A stretch of 64,000 nucleotides of DNA, taken from NCBI GenBank assembly GCA_963837955.1, contig CAWIPH010000001.1, forward strand, positions 516,357-580,356, in the 5' to 3' direction. Below the pieces are notes generated by a model. That model did not search any database, was not told where the DNA came from, and saw only the letters and a list, made by a program, of their open reading frames with translations. The DNA is from an uncultured Verrucomicrobiae bacterium. Its GTDB lineage: Bacteria > Verrucomicrobiota > Verrucomicrobiia > Chthoniobacterales > JAFAMB01. Of the stretch, positions 53,777-64,000 are shown piece after piece; the first letter of the stretch is position 1; each line of letters starts with the position of its first letter. Position numbers and translations under genes: made by a program.

Positions 53777-54019
53777 TACTTCGCAGCTACGCCATGAGAC
53801 GTTCCAGGCGGAGTTTGCCGACATAGCCGCCCGGAATTTCAGACGACAGGGCGAAGTCGGATTTTGTTGCTCCTAGCGTTAACGGAGCTCCGGTCTTCAG
53901 TCTGTCTACGACCGTTGCAAATTTTCGCAAACCATCAGCCCTAACGTCGTCCAAATGCTTGTACATGAGGTTGTAAGGGTTACGCTCCCTATAAAGGATC
54001 CCTATCCAGCAATTTTGGC

Positions 54020-56146
54020 ATGTCTCCACGCCCCGCGATCTTCATATCTGCGGTTAGCCAGGAGCTAAAAAGCGCCCGGCAATTGGTGGCCAACACGTTG
54101 ACCTTCCTGGGTTATGACCCGGAGTGGCAAGACTTATTCGGTGTCGAGGAGGGCGACCTGCGGGCAATGCTGCGGCGCCGGATCGACGCTTGCAAAGGAC
54201 TGGTGCAACTCGTGGGCAAATCCTACGGAGCAGAGCCATCAAGCATTGATGAGAAATTCGGCCGGGTCAGTTATACGCAGTACGAGGCGCTTTACGCCAA
54301 AAGCAAGGGAAAGAAGGCCTGGTACCTGTTTCTGGACGAGAGTTTTCCGACGGATCCACATCCAGAAGAAGATCCGGAAAAACAGAAGCTTCAGAGCGAC
54401 TATCGGGCCCGGGTTAAGGCCGATAGCCACCTTTACTATCCGCTGAGTAGCCGGGAAGGTCTGGAAGCGAGTGTGCTTAGGCTCAGGGATGATCTGACCC
54501 GGCTTCGGCGGGGGGTGAAGCGCTGGACCGGATTCGTTGCCGGGCTGCTGGTCCTGACCGTCGCTCTGTGCATCTGGTTATTGCAGGGGCAGCAGCGTTC
54601 CAACGAGCAACAGCGTCAAACGAATCAGCAGCTGCAAGCGCTCCGGGAGAAATTCGATAGACTGCAACAGGGGGTCAATTCATTTGCCGAGGTGCAGAAC
54701 AAAGTCCGCCAGGAGCAGCCCGGGCAAAAGCCCGAGGAAATCGAGGAGCGAACCTATCAGGAGCTTGGCAAAGTGCTCGGGATAGACCCAAGCGCGCTCA
54801 AGGAACAGTTGCCGCACTTTGCTCAGGAGCTGAGAAAATCGCCTAAGGCGACTACTTACGAGCGCGCTAATGCGGCCTTTGTCGCCAAAGATTACAATGA
54901 AGCCGAACGATTGGCGCTGGCTGCCGCCGATGAGGCTCAACGGGCCGGGCCATCGAAGAATGAAGAAGCGATTAAAGCCCTGGAGCTAGCCGGGTGGTCC
55001 GCAGAAAAACGCGTTGAATATGCCGACGCGTTAACGCGCCTGCGCGATGCGGAAAAGCTCACCGACCGCGCCCGTGATCCGTTGGAATGGGCGCGCGTAC
55101 AATTCGCCATCGCATTTGTGCTTTACGATCAAGGTCAATATGGCGATGCCGAGCGCACGTTTCGCCTGGTGCTCGAGGAACGAGAGCGAGTTTTGGGCAC
55201 TGAGCATCCTGATACTCTGGAGGCTCGGAACTGTCTGGAAGTCGCTCTTTATTACGGAGGAAAATATGCCGAGGCCGAAGCGGAAGCTCGCACCCTGCTG
55301 GCGATCCGGGGAAAAGGGCTTGGCCCCGATCATCCTGACACGCTAAAGGCACGCAACAATCTCGCCGATGACCTTTTTTCCGAAGGCCGGTATGCCGAGG
55401 CGGAGACGGAGTTTCGGGATGTGGTCAAACTTAAAGAAAAAGTGTTTGGTCCGGAGAACGCCACCACGCTACGGTCGCGCAACAATCTGGCGAGCGTGCT
55501 CGGTGTGCAGGGCAAGTATGCCGAAGCCGAAACGGAGTTTCGCGCTCTGGTCATGGTGACAGAGAAAGTGTTCGGCCCAGAAAATCGCAACACGTTGAGC
55601 ACCCGCAGTAACCTGGCAGCGGCGCTTAACAAAGACGGGAAATACGCCGAAGCAGAGGCTGAGGGCCGCGACGCGCTCAAACTGGAGGAGAAGGTGCTGG
55701 GTCCCGAGCATCCGGACACACTGGATACGCGCAGCAATCTGGCGGAGGTACTACTTCATGAAGGCAAGTATAGCGAGGCTGAAGCGGAGGATCGCCAGGT
55801 GTTTAAGCTCGAAGAAAAGGTGCTCGGCCCCGAGCATCCGAATACATTAGACACACGTAATAGACTGGCGGAAGTGCTCGCGGCGCAGACTCGGTTTGCC
55901 GAGGCGGAAGCAGAATATCGTGCGGTCATGATCCTGAGAGAAAAAGTGCTTGGGGTTGACCATCCTGACACCTTGGAAACGTGTTTTGATCTAGCAAATT
56001 GTTTACGATCCGAGGGCAAACTCCAGGAAGCGAGAATGTTTGCCCAGCGGGCAGCAGACGGAGCGCTCAAAGTTCTCGGTCCTGAACATCCGGACACGAA
56101 GGAATATGAGCGACTCCGGCAGCAACTGTCAGAAAAAAGCGACTAG
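54020..56146 (+). CDS. DUF4062-like domain + TM helix + coiled coil + ~8 kinesin-light-chain-type 42-aa TPRs
   Basis: IFISAVSQEL..R..LVGKSYG..SYTQYE; hydrophobic WTGFVAGLLVLTVALCIWLL; repeated LGPEHPDTL. Confidence 0.88.
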   Translation: MSPRPAIFISAVSQELKSARQLVANTLTFLGYDPEWQDLFGVEEGDLRAMLRRRIDACKGLVQLVGKSYGAEPSSIDEKFGRVSYTQYEALYAKSKGKKAWYLFLDESFPTDPHPEEDPEKQKLQSDYRARVKADSHLYYPLSSREGLEASVLRLRDDLTRLRRGVKRWTGFVAGLLVLTVALCIWLLQGQQRSNEQQRQTNQQLQALREKFDRLQQGVNSFAEVQNKVRQEQPGQKPEEIEERTYQELGKVLGIDPSALKEQLPHFAQELRKSPKATTYERANAAFVAKDYNEAERLALAAADEAQRAGPSKNEEAIKALELAGWSAEKRVEYADALTRLRDAEKLTDRARDPLEWARVQFAIAFVLYDQGQYGDAERTFRLVLEERERVLGTEHPDTLEARNCLEVALYYGGKYAEAEAEARTLLAIRGKGLGPDHPDTLKARNNLADDLFSEGRYAEAETEFRDVVKLKEKVFGPENATTLRSRNNLASVLGVQGKYAEAETEFRALVMVTEKVFGPENRNTLSTRSNLAAALNKDGKYAEAEAEGRDALKLEEKVLGPEHPDTLDTRSNLAEVLLHEGKYSEAEAEDRQVFKLEEKVLGPEHPNTLDTRNRLAEVLAAQTRFAEAEAEYRAVMILREKVLGVDHPDTLETCFDLANCLRSEGKLQEARMFAQRAADGALKVLGPEHPDTKEYERLRQQLSEKSD

Positions 56147-56170
56147 CCGATCGGAGCCGTCCTAGTAGTA

Positions 56171-56238
56171 TAGGGTCACGTCTTAAGTTTGAAGCTTGCG
56201 TATCGATTGGCATCTGGCTATAAGAGGTGACGGCGATG
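56171..56238 (+). repeat. Isolated duplicate of the transposase left end, promoter and ATG
   Basis: Identical to 56276-56343 except one base. Confidence 0.92.
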
Positions 56239-56300
56239 CCAGGTTCTAGGTCCTAGTAGTATAGAGGTTCTAGTATAGGGTCACGTCTTAAGTTTGAAGC

Positions 56301-56329
56301 TTGCGTATCGATTGGTATCTGGCTATAAG
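56301..56329 (+). promoter_or_regulatory. Sigma70-like promoter of the transposase
   Basis: TTGCGT-17 bp-TATAAG just upstream of ATG 56341; present in all three left-end copies. Confidence 0.6.
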
Positions 56330-56340
56330 AGGTGACGGCG

Positions 56341-57375
56341 ATGGCTCGGCCCTTACGCATTGCTATAGAAGATGGGTGGTATCATGTGATTAACCGCGGG
56401 ATCGAGCGACGCTCGATCTTTAGGTCTCCGGCTGACTCTCGCCATTTTCTCCAACTTCTAGCCCAGTTGCCGACCCGGTTTGGGCTCATGGTTCACTGCT
56501 ACGCTTTAATGTCGAATCATTACCATTTGCTGGTCCAAACACCGCAAGCCAACCTCAGCCAAGCCGTTCAATGGCTCAACGTTTCTTACAGCGTGTGGTT
56601 CAATCGCAAGCATCAGCGGGTCGGTCCCCTTTTCCAGGGCCGTTTCAAAGCGGTTTTGGTGGCTACAGACGGACATCACCGCGAAGTTAGCCGTTACATT
56701 CATCTAAACCCGATCCGAACCCAACGGTTTGGACTAGGCAAAGAAGAGAGCGCATCTAATGCGGCGAACGATTCGCGTTTGCTAGAGAAGCAGCGAGTAG
56801 AGTTTCTGCGGAGCTATGCTCTAAGCTCCTATCCGGTCTATATCGCAATTCTACCCAGGTTGGCGTGGCTGACGACCCAGACTCTCATGTCCGACTTTGA
56901 AGGGGCCAGCGAAGGCCAACGGCGCCGTGCCTATCAGCGCTATGTCGAAGAACCGATTCACACTGGCACACTAGACTCGATCTTGGACCAGGTTTTGGAG
57001 CAGGTAGTGCAAGGCAGTCGCGAGTTTCGGGCTAAAATGCTCGGGTTGGCCAAGGGCGAGCAAGCTCATCGGCAAACTGTTCAGCAGCGAGCGACTCGCC
57101 TGGACTGGGCCGCATTGCAACAAGCCCTCGCCAAACTCAAGGGCGAACCCTGGGAGGCGTTCGCTGAGCGGCGCGGCGATGACGGTCGCGATCTGGCGTT
57201 ACTCCTGGCTCGCCGTTCTGGCGGTTACACCCTGACCGAACTGGGCACCTTAGTCGGAGTTTCTTATGCCGCCGTCGCTCAAGCCGTCACCAAAGCCGAG
57301 CGCCGCATCGCTCATTCAGTCGCCACCCGTAAACTCTATAACAAGCTCTGTACTACCTTCAAGATTAAGACGTGA
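56341..57375 (+). CDS. HUH Y1 tyrosine transposase (RAYT/IS200-like) with C-terminal HTH
   Basis: YHVINRG, MSNHYHLL (HUH), LFQGRF, RYIHLNP; C-terminal TLTELG..VSYAAV; stop codon lies inside the right IR. Confidence 0.93.
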   Translation: MARPLRIAIEDGWYHVINRGIERRSIFRSPADSRHFLQLLAQLPTRFGLMVHCYALMSNHYHLLVQTPQANLSQAVQWLNVSYSVWFNRKHQRVGPLFQGRFKAVLVATDGHHREVSRYIHLNPIRTQRFGLGKEESASNAANDSRLLEKQRVEFLRSYALSSYPVYIAILPRLAWLTTQTLMSDFEGASEGQRRRAYQRYVEEPIHTGTLDSILDQVLEQVVQGSREFRAKMLGLAKGEQAHRQTVQQRATRLDWAALQQALAKLKGEPWEAFAERRGDDGRDLALLLARRSGGYTLTELGTLVGVSYAAVAQAVTKAERRIAHSVATRKLYNKLCTTFKIKT

Positions 57376-57455
57376 CCCTAGTCGCAACCCTAGTCGCAAC
57401 CCCCCTAGTCGCAACCCCCCTAGTCGCAACCAAGTTTAGGGTTCAAGTTTAGGGT
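57376..57455 (+). repeat. Junction micro-tandems: (C)nTAGTCGCAA x4 and CAAGTTTAGGGT x2
   Basis: Read directly. Confidence 0.9.
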
Positions 57456-58032
57456 CACGTCTTAAGTTTGAAGTTTGCGTATCGATTGGCATCTGGCTAT
57501 AAGAGGTGACGGCGATGGCTCGGCCCTTACGCATTGCTATAGAAGATGGGTGGTATCATGTGATTAACCGTGGGATCGAGCGACGCTCGATCTTTAGATC
57601 TCCGGCCGACTCTCGCCATTTCTCCAACTACTAGCCCAGTTGCCGACCCGGTTTGGGCTCATGGTTCACTGCTACGCTTTAATGTCGAATCATTACCATT
57701 TGCTGGTCCAAACACCGCAAGCCAACCTCAGCCAAGCCATTCAATGGCTCAACGTTTCTTACAGCGAATTGCAACAAGCCCTCGCCAAACTCAAGGGCGA
57801 ACCCTGGGAGGCGTTCTGAGCGGCGCGGCGATGACGGTCGCGATCTGGCGTTACTCCTGGCTCGACGTTCTGGCGGTTACACCCTGACCGAACTGGGCAC
57901 CTTAGTCGGAGTTTCTTATGCCGCCGTCGCTCAAGCCGTCACCAAAGCCGAGCGCCGCATCGCTCATTCTGTCGCCACCCGTAAACTCTATAACAAGCTC
58001 TGTACTACCTTCAAGATTAAGACGTGACCCTA
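57450..58032 (+). mobile_element. Internally deleted copy of the Y1 element retaining both IRs
   Basis: Matches 56276-56593 joined to ~57114-57380, with several substitutions and small indels. Confidence 0.9.
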
Positions 58033-58044
58033 ATCGCAACCCCC

Positions 58045-58167
58045 TGCCGCCGTCGCTCAAGCCGTCACCAAAGCCGAGCGCCGCATCGCTCATTCAGTCG
58101 CCACCCGTAAACTCTATAACAAGCTCTGTACTACCTTCAAGATTAAGACGTGACCCTAGTCGCAACC
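58045..58167 (+). repeat. Extra duplicate of the element's right end plus GTCGCAACC flank
   Basis: Matches 57267-57389. Confidence 0.9.
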
Positions 58168-58352
58168 TCGTGTTGGCTCAGCAACTCGATGAACCGACCG
58201 CTGCTGCCGCATCCGATATCTAGAGCGGGGCCGCGATTTTTCGTGAACCGGATTGCTTTTCCGAACTGCTCAAGTCCGTTTGCTTGGAGCTGAGGCTCTT
58301 GCCAGTGACCCGCAATCTTGTCGTATTGGCGACCTATAGCTTCTGAATCCAT
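58159..58352 (-). pseudogene. Class I SAM methyltransferase, 3'-truncated at the element end
   Basis: YDKIA..ALDIGCGSSGRF, then runs into the right IR. Confidence 0.75.
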
Positions 58353-58617
58353 TCCTTGTTGGCTCCGCGCAATGCTGTACGCCCGGTCTTCATCAAAACT
58401 ACTGACACCGCTCAGCGTGCAGCTGCAGTCGCATTCGAAGCTGTCACGCGCAGCGTCACGGCACAGAAAGAGAAGAAAAGAGACGCAAGGCGTGACGCGA
58501 GTGATCGAATCATGGTTCCCTGTTGGCTCTAGGCCGGTTTTATGCTCGAAGGCTGTGGGCCGCTTCTAATGTTCATATTCTCAATTCCGTCATTTGATGT
58601 CTTTTTGTTTGGTCATC

Positions 58618-59262
58618 CTATTTCCCGAACCGCTCGAAACGGTAAGCCAGTTCCGGGCCCCCTGGTCCCTCATACGCGAGCTGGGCAACGAGCATCGCGA
58701 ATGGCTCGGCATATCGCCCCATCCATAGGGAGCCAGCGTCCAGTGGTTCGAAACCCACGTCGCGGATCAGCTCAGCGGCCACACTTTTGCCACCCTCGTC
58801 GTCGCCGTAGTACATCAGACTCGGCCGGCTCGCTTTGCGCTTCGCTTCGTACACACCGAAAAGCACTTCACTAGGCACCGTGTTGAATGCACCCACGACC
58901 CGAGCCTTCGGAATCATCTTTGCGAGTTCCTCAGCACCCGACGAGGTGTGAGCCACGACGAGCTCGGTGTTGTCATCATTTAACGGGACGCAGCAGGTTA
59001 CGATCACCTTGCCCGACAAATCGCCTGTCTGTTTCAGCACGTCCTCTATTCGCGACCAATGCACAGCTAGCAGCACCGCGTCCGCTTCCTGCGCCGCCTC
59101 TCGCGCTGTGCCGGACCGCGCGTTGCCCTTGGCGTCCCGTGCGAGAATCTTGAGCTTCTGCTCGTTACGGGCATAGCTGAATACGACCTCATGCCCGGCG
59201 CGCGCGAAGAGCGTCCCGAGTTTGCCACCCATCAATCCTGAACCTAGGATGCCAACTCGCAT
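58618..59262 (-). CDS. NADP oxidoreductase (F420-dependent NADP reductase family)
   Basis: GILGSGLMG, SGAE, VVGAFNT, GFEPLDAG. Confidence 0.9.
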   Translation of the reverse strand: MRVGILGSGLMGGKLGTLFARAGHEVVFSYARNEQKLKILARDAKGNARSGTAREAAQEADAVLLAVHWSRIEDVLKQTGDLSGKVIVTCCVPLNDDNTELVVAHTSSGAEELAKMIPKARVVGAFNTVPSEVLFGVYEAKRKASRPSLMYYGDDEGGKSVAAELIRDVGFEPLDAGSLWMGRYAEPFAMLVAQLAYEGPGGPELAYRFERFGK

Positions 59263-59349
59263 GCTGCTCTCGCTTCAAGTTGCATGGCTCGAACGGCCGG
59301 GCTGAAATCCAGCCGTTCATGAAGATATGTTGCTTGAGTTTGCACGTTT

Positions 59350-59500
59350 AAGCCACCACAAATCCGCAACCGCCAGCGCGTGCCCGGTGACGACGGAAGC
59401 CGCAGCCGGACACAAGCCAGATGACAGCTGCGGCGATCTCTTCAGGCTTACCCATCCTTCCCATCGGCTCGAACGCGATCACCTTTTCGCGTCCTTCAGA
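59350..59500 (-). pseudogene. SDR oxidoreductase C-terminal remnant
   Basis: Minus strand reads EPMGRMGKPEEIAAAVIWL, then frameshifted ..VTGHALAV. Confidence 0.6.
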
Positions 59501-59542
59501 ACTGCCTCTGTGCCCAGCCTACTTACGGGGTGTGATCGATGA

Positions 59543-59926
59543 TCATGCATTGGTCTCAAGTGGCATGACCTTGACTGTCGCGGAACGGGCGCGTGCGCCA
59601 ATCATCGGGCTGAGGTACGGGCTGCCATGGTACTTCGCCCGGTAAGCGTCGTCGATGCGGTTGTTGATCGGTCCGTCCACCGGCTCGAAGGCGACCTCCT
59701 TCGTCATGCCGGCAGCGATGATCCGTCCCGCCCCTTGTCGCACTGCGGCCTGGTACCAACGAGAGTTCTGCCCGTTGTAGCCGCGCACGTAAAGGGCATC
59801 GTCGACCGCGACAGACCAAATCCACGTTGGGGTGCCGTACGTCACCCCGTCCTCACGGAACGGTGCGATGTGCAAGTCATCGGCCTCAGCGATCCTGCGA
59901 AGTTCGTCTTTCGACCATGTTGTCAT
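59543..59926 (-). CDS. DUF2255 family protein
   Basis: W...EL..I..ADDLHIAP.REDG..TPTWIW..YVR.YNG..SRWY..IDDAYRAKY. Confidence 0.8.
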   Translation of the reverse strand: MTTWSKDELRRIAEADDLHIAPFREDGVTYGTPTWIWSVAVDDALYVRGYNGQNSRWYQAAVRQGAGRIIAAGMTKEVAFEPVDGPINNRIDDAYRAKYHGSPYLSPMIGARARSATVKVMPLETNA

Positions 59927-60019
59927 TTTGGGTCCTCTCTCAAACTTGGTATCAGGGCGCAGACCATCTCGGGCTTTGGCGCGCATCAATCGCGAACCGA
60001 CAACCAGATTCTGTGTTAT

Positions 60020-60247
60020 TCACATCGTGTATCCCGGCTTTTTGTAGAGCTTGTCCCACTTGCCTTGAATGTCGGGCCTATAAACCTTCTCTGCCCAATC
60101 CCGAGAATTGACTTCTTCGAACGCTACGGAAACTGACTCTTCTCTGTAGTTGAGAATGTTCATAACGTTTTTAGCGATTTCCTCAGCAAGACGAGTCTTT
60201 TGCTGTTCTGATTTTCCGGGCCATAATTTCACGACCACGTGAGGCAC
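60020..60247 (-). CDS. 4-oxalocrotonate tautomerase family protein (PptA-like)
   Basis: N-terminal Pro (MPHVVVK), KKPGY tail. Confidence 0.88.
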   Translation of the reverse strand: MPHVVVKLWPGKSEQQKTRLAEEIAKNVMNILNYREESVSVAFEEVNSRDWAEKVYRPDIQGKWDKLYKKPGYTM

Positions 60248-60288
60248 TGTTCTCTCCTTTTTTCGCCGAGTTGCCCCCCAAACGCGAC

Positions 60289-61380
<1,092 letters not shown>

Positions 61381-61542
61381 ATCTCTAGTTTGCATTTCTC
61401 ATTCGGGAGTCGCCCGTGCGCGTCAACATAAGCGGAGCTGCGGACGTCCAAGGCCGGTAGGCTCCGACCCGGCCGAAACGCGCCGTTCATATGCGTTTTC
61501 GGCGGTCGGGGCGTTTTGAAGTTCGTCACGAGAGACGTTTCA

Positions 61543-61938
61543 TCACCTGCGGTACTGTTCGTCGCTGACCTTTTCCATCCAGTCGACGAGCTTACTGTCG
61601 AGCTGTTCCTGAATGGCGATATGCGTCATGGCCGTGGTAGGCGCGGCACCATGCCAATGCTTCTCGCCTGGAGGTAAGCAGATCACATCGCCGGGATGGA
61701 TCTCCTCAATGGGACCGCCCTCGCGCTGCACCCGCCCGCACCCGGCCGTGACAATCAGAGTCTGACCGAGCGGATGGGTATGCCACGCTGTTCGAGCACC
61801 CGGCTCGAACGTGACTCTTGCGCCGGACGCGCGAGCTGGAGCGTTTGCTTGAAATAAGGGATCGATGCGGACCGTGCCGGTAAACCAATCGGCCGGTCCT
61901 TTGCTGGAAGGTTGTGAACCATTTCTTTTGATTTCCAT
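61543..61938 (-). CDS. Cupin domain protein
   Basis: [32 protein letters not shown]. Confidence 0.9.
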   Translation of the reverse strand: MEIKRNGSQPSSKGPADWFTGTVRIDPLFQANAPARASGARVTFEPGARTAWHTHPLGQTLIVTAGCGRVQREGGPIEEIHPGDVICLPPGEKHWHGAAPTTAMTHIAIQEQLDSKLVDWMEKVSDEQYRR

Positions 61939-61984
61939 ATTGGACTCCTGTCTTTGAGGTAAAGGTATGTGCCTAAGCGTCTCG

Positions 61985-62110
61985 GTCACGGCCTCTGGCT
62001 TCTGGCTTGCGACCGGTGGCTACAACCCGATTACCGTTGTCCGGTGCCGCCTTCGGGATCTCCGCGCCGATCCGTGCGTGACGCCCGTAATGAACCAAAC
62101 TTTTGTGGCC
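61985..62110 (-). pseudogene. SDR oxidoreductase N-terminal remnant
   Basis: KVWFITG.. then, after a frameshift, [19 protein letters not shown]. Confidence 0.6.
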
Positions 62111-62166
62111 GTATGATTTGTTGATTGTTTTTTTAGCGAGGTTGAACCATTGGGAGGGCTCGGCAG

Positions 62167-62238
62167 GACCATCGGCCATCGACCAAGTGGCTGCTCTCGG
62201 GATCGTGCGGCACCTGTCGTATTCGTGCGGAAAAGCGG
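62167..62238 (-). promoter_or_regulatory. 72-bp duplicated upstream element, copy 2
   Basis: Immediately downstream of the AraC gene and upstream of the SDR remnant and cupin gene. Confidence 0.65.
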
Positions 62239-62254
62239 TCCGCTCTTCTAGGCT

Positions 62255-63160
62255 CTAGAGGGCGTTGCGGAACTGGGTGGGAGCCATACCGACCGTTCGC
62301 CGGAATACCTGGGCGAAATGGCTTGGACTAGTGTAGCCGACTTCAAGCGCGATTTCGATGAGGCTGCGGGATGTTTCGCGGATCAGTTGCCGAGCTTGCA
62401 GCATTCGCTCTCGGATCACGAATTGCAGAGGCGTCATCCCCGTGGTCTGCTTGAACACGCGGGAGAAATGGAAAGGGCTCAGCTCCGCCAACTCAGCTAA
62501 CGTCTCGATTGAAATGCTTTCTGCAAGGTGCGCACGCACATAGTCTTCGATCTTGCGGACCCGAGCGATCGGTAAGCCGCCGCGATAATCAGGCCTGTTC
62601 GATGTGATGTTTGTGTATTTTTCGGCGATGTGAATCGCCAGAAGGTGTGCGAAAGCAGCGACACGTTTCGCGTTGCCCGCAGTTCGAGCAGATAGCATCT
62701 CGGCGCAGGCAAAACTCAGATGCGCAAGCGTTTCATCCCGGCCGAAGAAGTCAGTCACCTCAACAGCGCCAGCCTTGTCGTGGTAAACCATTTCAAACGC
62801 TGCGAGACACTGGTCCACGGCAAGATGGATGTGGATCACGTCCATTTCCGCTCCCAAAGGGGAGCGCCAGCGCAACTCGTAAGGGGTCTTTGAGCCCGTC
62901 ACGAAGATGTCTCCGCGCCGGACTTGTCGAGGCAGCCATGCGCCGCCCATGTCACGTTCTTGAAACTCGGCCGAGCCGTTTAAGGTGCACGTGATCAGTG
63001 GCTCGGCCGTAGCCGGCACGAGAAACCCGTCCACTACGCGAGGAAGGCGGTAGCGTCGCGCGAAAAGCCCCGGCCATTTTAGCGTTGCGCTGTCCGCGAA
63101 CACCTCGCGACCGAGGTACCGGGGAAAGACCTCGGCGGTGGTGCGTTCAGGCGTCTTCAT
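62255..63160 (-). CDS. AraC family transcriptional regulator
   Basis: LSPFHFSRVFK..IALEVGYTSPSHFAQVFRR..GMAP..FR. Confidence 0.95.
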   Translation of the reverse strand: MKTPERTTAEVFPRYLGREVFADSATLKWPGLFARRYRLPRVVDGFLVPATAEPLITCTLNGSAEFQERDMGGAWLPRQVRRGDIFVTGSKTPYELRWRSPLGAEMDVIHIHLAVDQCLAAFEMVYHDKAGAVEVTDFFGRDETLAHLSFACAEMLSARTAGNAKRVAAFAHLLAIHIAEKYTNITSNRPDYRGGLPIARVRKIEDYVRAHLAESISIETLAELAELSPFHFSRVFKQTTGMTPLQFVIRERMLQARQLIRETSRSLIEIALEVGYTSPSHFAQVFRRTVGMAPTQFRNAL

Positions 63161-63329
63161 GAGTGCCTATAGGTCGATCTTGCCCAAGTTATAAGTCCAT
63201 AGCGGCCTGATGGCATGAGCGACAGGCATACCGGAATTCTGGGCCAGGACAGCCGATTGGCAAGGTGTCTCTGCTCTGGCGGCTGTATCGGCTCTCTTTC
63301 ACCGAGAGGAGCAAGTCGCCGGCCAATCA

Positions 63330-63857
63330 TCAATGATCGTTGCCAGACGATGGGTGGCTCAATGCCTGCAGAATTATCGCAACGAAAGTAACACCGTGAG
63401 TGGCGCCAAGCAGAGCGGTGCACATAGCAAGAAATTTTCCCTGCATCGTAGTTGGTGTTATGTCGCCGTAGCCTACAGTTGTGAACGTGATCACCTCAAA
63501 GTAGAGATAATCAAAGAAAGGTCGCCCGTGTAGGATAGATGGGTCTCGAGTGGGAGGCAGGAGATCGTACTCAGTTCCAAAGACTGCCAACACGCAGCAA
63601 AGGAAAACAGACCAAAGGAGGAACCCGATCCAAACATAAACCGGTTCTCGTTTTGTACGCCGTAGTAAAGAGAAAAGCGAGCGGATCGTCACCCCATACA
63701 TCACGAAAACCAACCCCAGCCCGACAAACAGAAAATAGTATGTCTTTGCGCCTACGAGTGTACGCTCCGTAAAAGGGAGAGCCAACACCCCAACCCATAA
63801 AAGGGCTAACTCTAAGACAAGGCGGACTTGCTGCTTTAAAGTCAATTCGTGCATCAT
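63330..63857 (-). CDS. Potassium channel family protein (KcsA-like pore)
   Basis: YF..ITFTTVGYGDITP selectivity filter flanked by TM helices. Confidence 0.88.
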   Translation of the reverse strand: MMHELTLKQQVRLVLELALLWVGVLALPFTERTLVGAKTYYFLFVGLGLVFVMYGVTIRSLFSLLRRTKREPVYVWIGFLLWSVFLCCVLAVFGTEYDLLPPTRDPSILHGRPFFDYLYFEVITFTTVGYGDITPTTMQGKFLAMCTALLGATHGVTFVAIILQALSHPSSGNDH

Positions 63858-64000
63858 AGTGCAGCTAGCTTTGGAATAGAGCGGATACCCTGCTTGAACG
63901 TGATCGACTCATTGGCTGACTAATGCGCCACCGCGCCTTCCTTCGCTCTTGCCTTCTGACAAACCCAGACTAGTGCCGCGCCGATAAGCAGAGATATTCC

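Larger units (their letters stand above)
56276..57380 (+). mobile_element. Y1/HUH transposase element bounded by 24-bp inverted repeats
   Basis: Left TAGGGTCACGTCTTAAGTTTGAAG / right CTTCAAGATTAAGACGTGACCCTA (outer 16 bp perfect, 22/24 overall). Confidence 0.85.

Noticed and set aside
53787..54029. 80-aa minus-strand ORF after tmRNA as an integrase remnant
   Set aside because: No recognisable tyrosine or serine recombinase motif.
55180..56100. 126-bp periodic DNA repeats
   Set aside because: Explained by the coding TPR units.
57376..57430. Possible CRISPR or spacer array
   Set aside because: Units are 12-15 bp and directly abutting, with no unique spacers and no cas genes in the window.
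57431..57455. TTTAGGG telomere-like repeat
   Set aside because: Only two copies, explained by duplication of the element's left junction.
57570..58223. ORFs 57570-57887 and 57918-58223 as genes
   Set aside because: Out-of-frame readings of the duplicated transposase fragments.

Overview
Bacterial chromosomal window of moderately high GC. Gene style and the dnaK-groES-groEL order suggest Verrucomicrobia/PVC, but this is inference only. The core consists of typA, yebC, rho, dnaK-groES-groEL, phoU, ribD, an amidase, a delta-9 desaturase, tRNA-Ser(GGA) and tmRNA, plus several sugar-metabolism clusters. Two decayed accessory islands follow tRNA-Ser (~24.7-28.9 kb) and tmRNA (~53.8 kb to the window end). 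Most notable: (1) a HUH/Y1 (RAYT-like) transposase bounded by 24-bp inverted repeats, surrounded by partial, deleted and tandem copies of itself and by micro-tandem duplications spanning its ends; (2) a four-helix-bundle gene enclosed by perfect 30-bp inverted repeats built from heptamers, with orphan or empty analogues elsewhere; (3) several nested REP/REPIN-like families flanked by a recurrent GCGTCAACATRAG motif; (4) an ABC importer + radical SAM + Cys-bearing metallophosphoesterase operon of unknown function; (5) a duplicated 5' half of tRNA-Ser; (6) two candidate defence-like loci (DUF2188 + NDT/TIR-like; DUF4062-TM-TPR). All calls come from reading motifs by eye; no searches were run.
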